A DNA stretch of 64,000 bases from Chara braunii (GCA_003427395.1 BFEA01000027.1:3238854-3302853); one strand, 5' to 3'. Counted from the stretch's first letter, positions 14,431 to 26,229 are shown. Notes: a model not told the origin generated them from the sequence alone. Numbers and translations are program-made.

Positions 14431-14599
14431 TATAAGCCATGGGCACTCTCTTACGACAAAAAAAAAGAATTAAAAAAAATGAAGGAATACAATTGGCCAT
14501 GTTTTGAAAATCTGGGTTACTGGGATCCCTCTGGCAGGTAGGAGCACCTTGGAGAGTCCCCACACTGTTTTTCTCGCAGGAAGAATAGAAAAAAGTAGA

Positions 14600-15010
14600 A
14601 GTGACATTCCTAGTACACCTTCATGGTCATGGTTAGCCTAGATACTGTTAGATTACAAACCTGTTTTTTTGGGTTGAGGCCCCTCTGGGCCAGCGGGCCA
14701 AGGTGGCTGATAGGGGCGCTACCCTTTGCACCCTCCCATTGTAGAAGCGTCCTCTTCTATGCGTCTGGGTACCGTGAGTGTTTCCCGGCTAGCAGTGGAC
14801 TCCTCTTACAAAGGGAAGGCTTTGAAAGGATTGGCACGCCTACCAGCCCCCCCTTGTCAGGTGTCTAGTACCCCAAGGGCAAGGCTTTTCCCGCCTTTTC
14901 TATCTCCTCTATTCATGTACTCAATGCTTGCCGGTGATAAACAACTGGACCGTTGCCCCCCTGAATAGATGGGGCTTTCTTGTTTGTAAAAAAATAAAAA
15001 TAAAAAAAAA
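14600..15010 (+). mobile_element. 5'-truncated LINE 3' UTR with poly(A), tail family A
   Basis: Motif atgcttgccggtga..aac.ggacc..tgccccc..gaataga followed by an A-rich tail; the motif recurs at ~23547, 36578, 41804 and 42769. Confidence 0.65.
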
Positions 15011-15358
15011 TCCCTGTTTTGTTTTTCCCTTAGTTCTGCCACCTGGCAGTTTGTTTCTTTTTTTTTAATAATGACTTTGTTTTTTTTTTTTTTTTTCGCT
15101 TTTGGCTTGAACATATGATGACTGATTGTCTTCTGCTGTCGCAAACTTTTTCTCTTGTCAGACCTTGGGCTTCGCTTCACTACTCTCAAAATGTCCAAAA
15201 CGAGAGTGAATCTTCCGCTGGAACATGGAAAGATAAACCGCCATGATTTTTGTCTTCCCCTTGTTTAGTTTTTGCATATCATTGAAAGGAGGCATGGTCC
15301 TATGGTTGTGCTCCTGTCCCTATATCTTCTCCCATTGTAAAAGAAAAAGAATTATGGT

Positions 15359-15393
<35 letters not shown>

Positions 15394-15441
15394 CTTTTAT
15401 TATAAGAGTTTGTTTCATGAATAATTACTAACCCCTATATA

Positions 15442-15639
15442 TCGTCAAATAGAACTGCCCGGTAAACCGTAGGCAGAGAGGGAGAAGAGGACAACAAACG
15501 AGGGGCTGTGACAAACTGTTTCGTCGGAGTTTCATATATATGAGTCCGTGAAACTCCGACGAAACAGTTTGTCACAGCCCCTCGTTTGTTGTCCTCTTCG
15601 TTCTCTCTGCCTACGGTTTACCGGGCAGTTCTGTTACGA
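15442..15639. mobile_element. Inverted pair of a ~95-bp (TA)n-associated element carrying the 3' half of a hammerhead ribozyme
   Basis: 15442-15534 is the reverse complement of 15541-15639, separated by TATATA. Contains TGAG-TCCG-TGAAACT-CCGAC-GAAAC-AGTTTG. Near-identical copies at 47393-47476 and 47630-47731. Confidence 0.75.
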
Positions 15640-15724
15640 AGTTGTAATAACAAGTTCAATAAAAAAATAGAATCTTGTCCTCCAGAAACAGCTATCAATA
15701 TTTTTTCTTTTGAAAGTAATATAT

Positions 15725-16062
15725 ATGGTCGGCCCGGGGACCTCCGTACGTACGTGGAGCCTAAAAAACTTCATTATTTTTTGAAACTTTTTTAACGAGT
15801 TTTTTATTATGTTAAGTACATATCTGTAGATTTTCAGGGCATTTGGATATGCCAAAAAAAAAATGAAAAATTGCCAAAGATGGCGGTGTCGAAAATGTGC
15901 TCGCTCACTCACTGATTTTACTTCTCTTTTTATTTTTTCTTATTTTGATTATTAATTTTATTTTCTGTATTTTATTTCTCTTTCAAATTGGGTAAGGAAC
16001 TTGGATGTAATGCTCAGGCAAATTTTGTTTATTTCATTTTTCTCCATAACATATCTTTTCTT

Positions 16063-16096
<34 letters not shown>

Positions 16097-16196
16097 CCGC
16101 GTTCGGCCCGAACGGCCGAACGCATCCCCAAGGGTTCCCGTACGCTCAGGCGTTCGGGTTCGGGCGTTCGGCCCGTCCCGAACGCCGGCAACCCTG
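15725..16196. mobile_element. hAT-like MITE fragment, inverted relative of 16511-17239
   Basis: Ends in GGCAACCCTG next to (TA)n; subterminal ccgaac/gttcgg repeats; internal block ~15870-15915 is the reverse complement of ~16757-16800. Confidence 0.6.
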
Positions 16197-16217
16197 TATA
16201 TATATATTTATATATAC

Positions 16218-16450
16218 TAGGCTACCAGAGTGGCCCGTGGTCACCTGCCAGGCTGGGTCAAAAAATATATGTTATTTTATGTTTTATTCCAAATTTAGTG
16301 AAGAATTTCGATGTGACCCTGAGGCAAACGTTGTTTAGTTTGTTTTTCTGCATAACATAGTTTTTTTTCCAGATGTTTTGGAGTTCTTTTTTTTTTTTTT
16401 TTTTGGGACCTTTCCTGGTCCTTGCACGGAGTGGCCCGGCTGGTAGCCTA
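16218..16450. mobile_element. MITE with perfect 11-bp TIR in a (TA)n tract
   Basis: TAGGCTACCAG at 16218 and CTGGTAGCCTA at 16440-16450; interior related to the neighbouring MITEs. Confidence 0.75.
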
Positions 16451-16510
16451 GTATATATATAATATATATATATATATATATCGTCACAAACAGATATATA
16501 TATATATATA

Positions 16511-16564
16511 CAGGGTTCAGCACCCCCTCTCGACGCGTTCGGCTGTTAGGCCGAACACGGACCC

Positions 16565-16595
<31 letters not shown>

Positions 16596-17239
16596 CCAGA
16601 AATATATGTTATGCAGAAGAAGAAACTGAACAACATTTGCCTCAACGTTACATCCAAATTCTTTACCAAATTTGAAATGAAAATCAAATACTAAAAGTAA
16701 ATAATAATAATGAAAATTATAAAAAATAATACGAGAAATTGGAGAATGAAATTATTGAGTGGGCGAGCACGTTTTTGACACCCCCATCTTTGGCGATTTT
16801 TCATTTTTTTTTGGTTGTGACAAATTCCATGAGAATTTATATATGTGTATCTCGTATCTTACATAATAGAGAATCTACAAATAAAGTTTGAAAAATTAAT
16901 ATTTTTTTCATGCCCCGAAAAAAAAAAAAAAAAAAAAAAAGTGAAAAGAGAGAAAAAACGAATTAGTGAGTGGGCAAGCAAGTTTTGACACCACCATCTT
17001 TGCCGATTTTTCCTTTTTTTTTGGATGAACAGAATGACTTCAAAATTCAGAGGGAGATACCTTACATCACAAAGAACTCAGAAAAAAACAATTCAGAAAA
17101 CAATAATAATATTTAGGTGCCAAATTTTTTTTTTAAAGGGTCTGAACCCCTTCAGGTTCGGCCCCCGTACGGGGACCCGAACGCCCGAACGTTCGGGGGA
17201 CAGCTTAGGGGCCTCCGTACGTTCGGCCTGGCAACCCTA
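16511..17239. mobile_element. hAT-like non-autonomous element
   Basis: Termini CAGGGTT...AACCCTA, subterminal ccgaac/gttcgg repeats, AT-rich interior. No exact TSD seen. Confidence 0.6.
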
Positions 17240-17259
17240 TATCGGGCGTATCTGTCGGG

Positions 17260-17985
17260 CTGCTCCATCTATTGGTGGGGAGCGGCACCTGCTGGAAACC
17301 GGGTCCAGCGTCCCATTGATACATCTTATGACACACAGATTGCTGTTTGTTGTTTCCTAGGACTGTGGTCATTTCTGTGTCAGCCCGGGGTGAAACCAGA
17401 GGCACAAGTATGATTCTGCTGTCCCTAACATCATACATACCCCCCAAATCCTTTCAGTCTAATGGCCATCCTTCCACCAGAGGTGGAGCCCCCGGAGGGA
17501 TGGGATGTCCCGACAGTGACAGCCGACAAGAGAATGGCGTTTTGGGGAGCAAACTTGACACCAAGCTTTGGGGGAAAGCAGATGGCAATGCGCGCCACGT
17601 CGGCCGTGACCCGGCTTAAGGCGTGCAGCGCAAGAGGGAGCATGTGTGTCTTTGGAAATCCCCTGGTCATCAAAGCCTCGGAAGTAGCTTGCCCTGTTAT
17701 TAATCTCTTTGCCTTATTTGTATCTCCCCTACTCCTCACTGTGCAGAAGATTGTAGTGGATAATTGAGGAGTCGAGTACGGCAGAGTTTGATTCAGCACA
17801 CAGCGGGGTTAATTCTTCCTTACTGGGTAAGGAATCAATGCCCCGAGATTTTACTATATTCGTGTTATGCAGGGAACCTGTCTCCAGGGTACCAGTGGCT
17901 GAGGCTCTTCCAGCCCTAATGGGAAGAGGCGTGAGGTTAAGTGTTCTAATCAAACTCATAATTTGAACCTTCGGCACTGGGCCCT
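17260..17985 (-). mobile_element. 5'-truncated LINE 3' end, tail family B
   Basis: Tail motif ccatctattggtggggagcggcacctgctggaaaccgggtccagcgtccc at ~17265, also at ~19611, 23754, 25738 and, reversed, ~21460 and 59596. The upstream extent is uncertain. Confidence 0.55.
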
Positions 17986-18039
17986 ATGAAAAAAAAAAAA
18001 AAAAAAATACCTTAAATAAAAAAAAAAAAAAAAAAAAAA

Positions 18040-19505
18040 GACAGAACTCGGACTTGGCCACACTGTGGTACGAGGGGGCCGTGCACATGCCAGGTAAAGG
18101 GCCGTTTAGATATATAAAAAAGGCAGTCCACACGCACTTGTGGTCCAACAATGCCAAGGCGGAAGACTCTATTCCCAGGGTCGCATGGATGAAACTGATC
18201 CAACCAAGGCGATTTGGAGGCTTCGGTCGTTTGGATCCGTGGCGGCAAATATCATCTCATCTGCGCCCTGCTGCGCACTGAGGATGAGGGTTGGGATCAA
18301 GTTACCCAAACCCGTCTGGCCTACGCACTCCAAATGCCGGGAGAGCTCGGGGACCTATGTTTACTGGATAGTTGAGCGATAGGCTATGTTAGGAGGGACA
18401 CGGTTTGGACCACGAAACTAGCTGTGTGGAAAAAAGTGAACCTGAGATGTAGGTTGCCGGAAACTGCGGATGCAGTTTTTAATCAGCTGCTCTTTGGCAA
18501 CAGGTTCATCTGCGACGCAGCAGGTGAACCGTTCCCATGGCAGGGACCACGAGGAGCATACGGCTGGAAATGGGCGGAGCGAGAGGTTTACAAGGTGGGC
18601 CATCTTTGGGACGAAGGCAGAAAGGATTGGCGCACAGACAATCAGTTGGAAGAAGCCCTGCGAGGACGGATGAGGAAGAAGCAGAGGATGACAGAGCTGA
18701 GGGCAGCCATCTCCCCCCTATGGGTGCGGTTGTTGAAAGAAGATCAGATAACGGTAGGGGAGTGGGTGAGGGAGGATCAAGGGAAACCTGAGGCCAGACA
18801 GGGTATATAGGGTGCCGCACCCTGTGCAGGGCGACAGGTTAGAAGTCACTGAATGGAAGGTAACGTCCGGACTAGCATATGAAGGGTTGGGGGGGCTCTA
18901 CGGGAAGTAGGGACGCGAAGGAAGGGAGGACTGACCCTGGTAAGGAATGGAGTGGAGACAGTGGCAGTCTGCGAGGGAGGAAAATATGCAGAGGGACAAT
19001 ATCGACCATTCCAGCTAGCACACAGGTTGCGGGACCTGACGTGGAACCCAAGGCATTGGAAACGGTCACCTCAGGCCCTCAGGGGATGCACTATAAGGCC
19101 ACGCCACTGCAAGAAGTGACCACGAAAAACATCTACAATTCGCTGATGGAACCAATCAACATTTGTGAGGAGTTAAGGAATAGATGGGCCAAGAGGGACT
19201 GGCTTCCCAATGCTTACCTTGGCCGATGGACTCAGTGAAGATGGAATGAGCAGTGTGCTATATTAACAGCTCTGCCAGATCAGAAATATGCAGGACTGTT
19301 GCGGCAAATTTACCATCTGGCAATCCCGACAGCACAATGGCTAGCTACTAAGAGTCAGCATCAGCTATGTGTAGCAAGGTGTGGCCAAGCGGAGATGATC
19401 CCTCACTTGTTTATACGATGCCCTCAACTCCAGGCTTTTTGGCCATGGTGGGGTCGGGAAGTCGCAGATAAGAATCCGTTGGAAGTTACTGAAAGGGATG
19501 ACGCA
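18040..19505 (+). mobile_element. Decayed L1-like ORF2 C-terminal region
   Basis: LATLWY, RVAWMKLIQPRRFGGFG, QLLFGNRFI and the zf-RVT-like RCGQAEMIPHLFIRCPQLQAFW. Confidence 0.8.
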
Positions 19506-20244
19506 TCTTTTCTTTTTTTTTCTTTTTTTTTTTTTCTTTTTTTTTTTTTNTTTTTTTTTTTTTTTTTTTCTTTTTTTTTTTTTCTTTTTTTTTCTAACTC
19601 CCATGGAGGCTCCATCTATTTGTGGGAAGCAGCACCTGCTGGAAAGCGGGTCCGGTGTCCTTTTTTACAATAAGAATATGAGAATACGAAGAATTGGAAA
19701 TGGTGTCTTGTGAATCAGCACCTCTTCGACCATTGTTGGACGCCAGATCTAGCACTGCTACCCGATCCTGATTCACTTAAGAGAACATGAAGACCCAACC
19801 TGTTCTGAGGACATAACCTGAAATCTTCACACATACCCAAACCAAGATCTCAGAACCATAGTCAATAGTGGAGGGGGAAAGGGGTCAGGAAACTCTACCA
19901 TTGGACGCATGGGTATGGATGAGACTACCAATGTCCAGTCCTGAAATACTATCCTATAGTCTCGCCTTATTTCTTCCTTGTCCCCTCCCGTAGCCTCTTC
20001 CCATTTTACTTTCTCATTTCCCGCCCTTGGTTTCCTCCAAGCCAGCATGTACTGAATTTCTGAATATGTTCGTGGTCTTCATCTCGTGAAGACAAGTGTT
20101 GCATTTTTTCTTTCGCGTCTTCCCATTTGGTTGTAATTTTTGTTTGGACATACAATTCAATAGTTTCAGTGAATTCAGGTCCACCTAGGCGAGCTTCCTC
20201 CATTTCGTAAGCGCATCTCCTCAACCAAATGGATCATATGACTG

Positions 20245-20249
<5 letters not shown>

Positions 20250-20293
<44 letters not shown>

Positions 20294-20367
20294 TTTTTTT
20301 TAGGAAAACAGCCCGAATACGTGCTAGAGGTGCTGATAAAAGCAAACACCTCTAGCACGCTCACTCG
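20250..20367 (-). mobile_element. Short retroposed insert: stem-loop plus poly(A)
   Basis: Flanked by the direct repeat TATGACTGTTCT (~20237 and ~20368); hairpin cgtgctagaggtg...cacctctagcacg; poly(T) on the plus strand. Confidence 0.8.
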
Positions 20368-21461
20368 TATGACTGTTCTTATCCCCATGGGGAAGAGGTT
20401 TTGTGTAAAGTCATCATATGGGTCAACAATTCATGATTCCAAAAAATTGCTTTCCAACTCCATGGCCATCGAGTCTGTGGGCCTAGCTGATTGCAAACTC
20501 TATCCCACCACCTCCATAACCATATATAGCTTCAGGGCATTGCAGGAAGATATGCTAGATAGTTTCAGCGATCAACCTACTGGGGAAGGCAGATTTGCAA
20601 AATTTACACCACCTAGATGCAATTCCTTTTTTTTTTTTGTTCCAAGGAAGATTTGTCTATCAGCCAATCATTAGTGGGAAAGCATCGGTGTTCAATCTGT
20701 CATTGAAGAGATGTCAGCTTCGCCGGTTTGGATTCAATTAAGTTAAACCACTTGATTGATCTTACATCTTCTCTGCTAAGATTGAGATGTGTCATCCATC
20801 TGACTGATACCTGTCCTTTAGATTAATTCTCACTCTTAACATTCTATTGGTAGATTTTACTGTAAGAGTATGTAGGACACGTTTATAATTCTTGTCAAAT
20901 TTCTTTTGTTTACTGGGAGAGTTCCAGATTATCCAATTGGCTTGGTCTAACGCTAAGCTGGAGATGAGTCTCGGGTTTAAAGGCCAGCCATTAATCCTTC
21001 TTTCTTAATAGTAAGTTAATACTCTAATTCTGAAAATTTGGCTAGCTTGGACCCATTGGATCTGACCCTGACCTTCAGGGTGGAGAGTGTAATCTTGTAA
21101 ACGATCATAGAGTTCACGGAGGATCATTCTGAAATTTGTCTAGGATTTTTCCAATGTCTTGGGGATGGTCCTTAATGGCCACCCAATCATTAATTTTCAG
21201 TTTGGGTCCCTTACGAAGAATCCAAATCCAGTCCAAGGGGATTAGCTCGATTGTTTTATCCAGTGCTTCCTGTCAGTGGTGACAATAACGAAGATATCTC
21301 TTTAGTGTTGCAGAATCAATCCAATCATTAGATTCACTATTCCAAATATCTTTTGTTCTTAGAATCCCTCTTTTTCCCCATCCATTCCAGGACGAGTCCA
21401 TACAGTGAAGGACACACCCTTGAGAGTCTCTAATCCATCTATTGTTAAAAAAAAGGGGTTG

Positions 21462-21570
21462 CTCCCCACCAATAGATGGAGCCCCCCCAGGTGCTAGCGG
21501 TGTCTGCTCTTATCAGCACCGCTAGCACTGATGGGTGTTGCGGTAAAAAAAAAAAAAAGAAAAAAAAAAA
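21462..21570 (+). mobile_element. Short retroposed insert: LINE tail motif, stem-loop and poly(A)
   Basis: TSD AAAAAAAAGGGGTTG at a TT/AAAA site; ccccaccaatagatggagc followed by the hairpin gtgctagcggtg...caccgctagcac. Confidence 0.8.
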
Positions 21571-22697
21571 AGGGGTTGTTGGCATACTTCCTCCCACCTT
21601 TCCGGGGGGATCTTGTCAGTCAGAGGCAATTTTCTCCATGTTTTGATAAGGGTGATCAAGAAGGAATCATTATACAGATCCCTCATCGCAGCTAGTCTGT
21701 CAAAGGATAATTCACTTGTTAAATCTCTAACATTTCCTCTTGGGAGTGGCCAAGCACAGTTTTTCAGCCACATCAAAGGGTCAACACTCTCCACCGTTTG
21801 TGGTGCTAAACGTTTAATTTGCTCCCATGCCAGTGCTGACCAGGGACTCTGTGGGTTAAACAACAATCATTTGATCCATTGTATGGAAAGAGTCATAGCT
21901 TGGGTGGCTGGGTCGATTACCCCTAACCCACCACTAGTTTTAGGCTGGATAACTAATTGCCATGCTACTCTGCTGATTACATTCTTGAACTCGTGATTAC
22001 GCCTCCATAGAAAGGCTGACAGATGCTGCTGGAAACTTTTTATGGTTGTTTTATCTAGTGGCCATATGGCTGATTTATACCAGATGGAGGCTAGAATAAC
22101 ATTATTAATTGCCAAAGTATGTCCCATGAGAGAAGAGTGTTTGTTTTTCCAGAGATCAAATTTGACCTGAGCTTGTTGAGTTATCCATTCATTGTTTGTT
22201 TTTGGCTTTCCCACACCAGACAGAGATATTCCCAGTGTGCGAATAGGAATGTCTATAGGAAGTCACTTGACATGACTATTCTACTGGGAGTGTTAATGAA
22301 AGTCGATAGGTCAGCCTTCGAAGACCTGTTGTCTGCAGAGATGATTCGGGCAGCGGTGCTGTGGGCTGTATGGACACTGCCAAATGAGCGCTGCAGACAG
22401 GGAGCAGCACCTTCACGGCATGCATATCAGGAAAGAGCGATGGACAATTTCAGGATTGTTGTAGATATGGGGGGGGGGGGTGAAGGTGGAGGAATTTTGG
22501 AAAGGATGGGATCAGTACCCACACCTGTTGACTTTGTGATCCTGACATGGGCTGGTTACAGTTTGGCCCTGTTCTACTGCATCACGTGCCCCAGCTGGAA
22601 AAGGACCCAGAATAGGAATGCTGTGGTACTTCATGTTCCAAGGGCGGTCGGTTGTAAAATATGGCTAGAAGTAGAATAGTGGTAAAATAGTTAGGAT

Positions 22698-22945
22698 CAT
22701 ACTTGCAAGCGGACGCCGTCCGGGCGGTTGTGCACATGCGGCAGACCGTCGGACCGAACCCGCACGGCGCACGAATGTGCGCCTGACGACCAGTTACGTC
22801 CCACCCAAAAAAAAAAAACAAAAAAAACGCCCCCGTCCGGTCTGGTCCGGTCCGATCCGGGTCCGTCTGGTCCGGGGGGAGGGTGCCGCACTCGGCAAAG
22901 TGGACCGGACCGGACGCTCGTCCGGTCCGTATGCTTGCAAGCATG
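22698..22945. mobile_element. hAT-type MITE
   Basis: TIRs CATACTTGCAAGC / GCTTGCAAGCATG; exact 8-bp TSD GTTAGGAT; subterminal ggacc/ggtcc repeats. Confidence 0.9.
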
Positions 22946-23299
22946 GTTAGGATGGCCCCGTAGGAGGTAGGTCAGTTGTAAAATATGGCTAGGAATGAGT
23001 ACAATCACATGATGGAGGGATAGGACGGGCATAGCATAGGAAGGGTAAAGGGTCGAGGGAGTGAATTAAGAAAAAAATCAGTTAAAAAAAGTGGCGAAAA
23101 AGGATAGTACTTGGACAACATGCTGTGGACATTCTTTTCAAGAGCAGGATATCATGACAGTGAGGAGGGGAGATGATGAGGGGATTGTATAGTTTGACAG
23201 GGGGCGGAGATTAGAAAGAGGAGTAGATTCATTTGAAGGGTGAAACAAAGTAGGTGAGAAGTGGAAGGATGAGCAGGAGTTGTTGTTGGTGGTTTTTTG

Positions 23300-23627
23300 G
23301 ACTGATCATGGGAACTCATTAAGGGTGATACGGCCTGTGAGGCTGCTAGAACGACCCTCCCTGCACCATGCCTTTCCTAGAGTCCTTCTGCTGCGTGACT
23401 GGGTGCAGAAGCCCGCTAGGAAAGCAACGGTTTGGGGGGGGGCGGAGGATCGTAGCAGCCCCCCCTTTGAGGAGGTGACTCGTACCGCAAGGGTTGGGCT
23501 GACTCTTCTTCAACACTGTTCTTTCGATATCTTCTTCTTTGTACTCATGCTTGCCGGTGAAAAGCAACCGGACCGATGCCCCCCAGAATAGAAGCGGGCT
23601 TGGTTAAAAAAAAAATGAAAAAAAAAG
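23300..23627 (+). mobile_element. LINE 3' UTR with poly(A), tail family A
   Basis: atgcttgccggtgaaaagcaaccggaccgatgccccccagaatagaagcgggc followed by an A tail. Confidence 0.65.
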
Positions 23628-23744
23628 AGCTCTCACGCAGGCTGCGCAGTATAAAGGTAGAAAGTCTGTGATCGGGTGGAAGCGACACATGCTCGGAGAT
23701 GTACCCCTGGAGTTTTTTTTTTGGGGGGCGGGGCGGGGGGGAAC

Positions 23745-24370
23745 AAAAGCTGCAATCTATTTTTTTGTGGGGAGCAGCACATGCTGGGAACCGGGCCCAG
23801 CGTCCCACATACATTTTAATCATTGTGATGTAACCCTGAACTACATTGTATTTATTTTCAAGTCCCAGAAGCTCGATCATGAATTTTAAATCCTTTTTTT
23901 TTTTTTCCCCTCGACTGTTCTCTGACAGAAGCAGGGTAATGGTCCAGGTACCTCAAATTGTTCTGTACATTTTCATAAGGGACACTGGTGCTGGTTCCCA
24001 GCACATGTTCGCGAATAGATTGGAGCAGTGACACTGTGCAACACAGATTTGCATTCTTGGGAGGCAGGGTAGTGACACTTTGCAACGCGCATTGCATATT
24101 GTCACAGTGGGTTTGCGGGTGGGCTGCTGACGTGGATGGGTGGAGAAAATGGGCTCAGGGTGTGACTTGCCTGATCTCTCAGTAATTTCTGGTTTAGTAG
24201 CGGAAAAGGTACTTAGTGTGGGTGAACACAGGTTATGGGTTGAAATCCTGACTGAGCCAGATGGATATAACAAGGTCACGGGCTCAGGGGCTACCCGCTT
24301 TGAAGTTCGAAGTGCCAGTATTGCGGACCGTAAATTGCTGAACCTATTTTCTTTTGCACCCGAAGAGATC
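23745..24370 (-). mobile_element. LINE 3' fragment, tail family B
   Basis: Family B tail motif at ~23754-23807. Upstream Cys-containing remnant (CNARCKV) is only weakly supportive. Confidence 0.45.
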
Positions 24371-24387
24371 AAACCTGCGCTTGCGCC

Positions 24388-25260
24388 TTTCTTCTACCAT
24401 CATGATTTCAATCTCACAGTACCGCGCACACCCTAATTGTCATTGCAAACAGGCTTTGCGTTCGCCAACACTCGAACCTGCAACTACGCAACTCGTTAAC
24501 ATCGAAAAGTTCTCTTAACAAGTTGACAGAGGCTCCTCAATGAGGGGAGGGGGTTGTGAGGAGGAGGGGACGTAGTAGCCCCGCCTCCCCCACACATTCA
24601 CTGCGCGGCGTGCGCTCCAGTACCCGTCACAGTTCCCCTTTTTTTCTACCATCATGATTTCAATCTCACACTAGCGAGCACACCCAAACATTGCAAACAG
24701 GTTTTGCGTTGGCCAACAGTCAAACCTGCAACTATGCAACTCATAAAGGAAATCAAAAAGTTCTCTCAACAGCCCGACAGCCGCTCTTCCATAAGGTGAT
24801 GGAGCCCCCCCCCCCCTCCCCCGTACATTCACGGCCTTCCAGTACCCATCACACTTCCCCCCTGTGTCTTCCCCCGTACGTCGTATGGACGGTCTGTCAT
24901 ACGGCTGCACGAACGGCCGTACGAACGGTTGTATGGCCGTTCGTACTAAGCCCGTACTATAGTGCAGAGGGGGAAGCTTCTTCTACCAGCATGATTTCAA
25001 TCTCACAATACCAAGCACACCTGAACATTGTGAACAGACTCTGCGTTGGCAGACGCTCAAACCTGCAACTACGCGGAAAGTTCTCTCAACAGGTTGACAA
25101 CCGCTCCTCCGTGAGGAGGGGGAGGGCTGCGGGGAACCCGCACATTCACTGCCCTCCAGTACCCGTCACACAACTTCCCCCTTTCTTCGACCGTTACGAT
25201 TGCAGTCGCACAGTACCGAGCACGCCTGAACATTGAAAACAGGCTCTGCGTCGACACATA
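24388..25260. repeat. Degenerate tandem repeat, about four units of 200-330 bp
   Basis: ttctacca.catgatttcaatctcaca...cattg.aaacagg.t.tgcgt recurs at ~24390, 24643, 24980 and 25185. Confidence 0.75.
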
Positions 25261-25297
25261 GAAACAAATAAAATACTCTTGAATTGACACACTTTCT

Positions 25298-25892
25298 GTG
25301 ATTTTGTTCACTGTGTCAGAAGAAAAGAGTTTTTTGTAGCTTTTTTTTGGGCTATTTTTCATTCCAGTCTGGCGCCTACCGTACAAATTGGAGCTATTTG
25401 GCCTCCAAAAGGTATTGATGTGTTAGATCCTTGGGGTTGGGGAATCCCCTTTCTAAATACTCTTCTTCTACTTTCATCTGGAGCTGCTGTAACTTGGGCT
25501 CATCATGCTATATTAGCTGGTTTAAAACAACAAGCCCTTTATGGCATATTAGCCACTATTTTTTTAGCTTTAGTTTTCAGTACTTTTTATTGCCTTTTTT
25601 TTTTTTTTTTTTTTNNNNNNNNNNNNNNNNNNNNNNNNNNNNNNNNNNNNNNNNNNNNNNNNNNNNNNNNNNNNNNNNNNNNNNNNNNNNNNNNNNNNNN
25701 NNNNNNNNNNNNNNNNNNNNNNNNNNNNAAACAAGCTCCATCTATTGGGTGGGGAGCAGCACCTGCTGGAAACCGGGTCCAGCGTCCCATAGATACAACC
25801 ATATCTTCACAAATTGGCACAAACTGGGAACCGGGTGGCGGGCGGCCCAAGTTTTTGCTGCATTTCAAGGAATGGAATATGTAGAAGCTCCA
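25298..25892 (+). pseudogene. cox3: NUMT: internal fragment of mitochondrial cytochrome c oxidase subunit 3, interrupted by a retroelement tail
   Basis: Translates as [40 protein letters not shown](WG)[38 protein letters not shown] [insert] FQGMEYVEAP. Has a frameshift near 25325, a 6-bp duplication, and both ends missing. Confidence 0.93.
25588..25848 (-). mobile_element. LINE tail (family B) inserted in the cox3 NUMT
   Basis: Poly(T), an N gap, then ccatctattgggtggggagcagcacctgctggaaaccgggtccagcgtccc; degenerate duplication gttttcagtactttt / gtttttgctgcattt at the flanks. Confidence 0.75.
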
Positions 25893-25918
25893 ACATTACA
25901 ATACTTCTATTTCGAACC

Positions 25919-25991
25919 GCCGATTAGCTCAGTCGGTAGAGCACCGGTTGGACATGCGCATTGTGGTATGAGGTTGCGGGTTCAAAACTCT
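25919..25991 (+). other. tRNA-derived sequence (SINE head or pseudo-tRNA)
   Basis: A box TAGCTCAGTCGGTAGAGC and degenerate B box GGTTCAAAAC; no intact cloverleaf. Confidence 0.5.
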
Positions 25992-26229
25992 ATGGCCTTG
26001 CAAAGAACATCGGAGGGCGACGCACGGCTGTACGCACACCCCCTCGAGTTGGCACATGGTAAGAAATACAGACACTGCCTGTACCACCCACAGGGTTCAG
26101 TGCACGGCTGTTGTGTGTTGGGGTTAGGCTATGGGGGGTTTGCCTGATGTGCTTTCGGCCATGGGTTGTTCCGATGATTGCACACTTGTCCCCTTGTCTA
26201 GCACATCACATAACAGACTGATTTGTCAT

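Larger units (their letters stand above)
19506..22250 (-). mobile_element. Decayed L1-like ORF2 C-terminal region with 3' tail and poly(A)
   Basis: INNVILASIWY, AFLWR, RVAWQLVIQPKTSGGLGVIDP, QQPLF; family B tail at ~19611 and poly(T) on the plus strand at 19506-19592. Confidence 0.8.

Noticed and set aside
25420-25892. Functional nuclear cox3 gene
   Set aside because: Internal fragment only, with a frameshift, an insertion and no targeting sequence.
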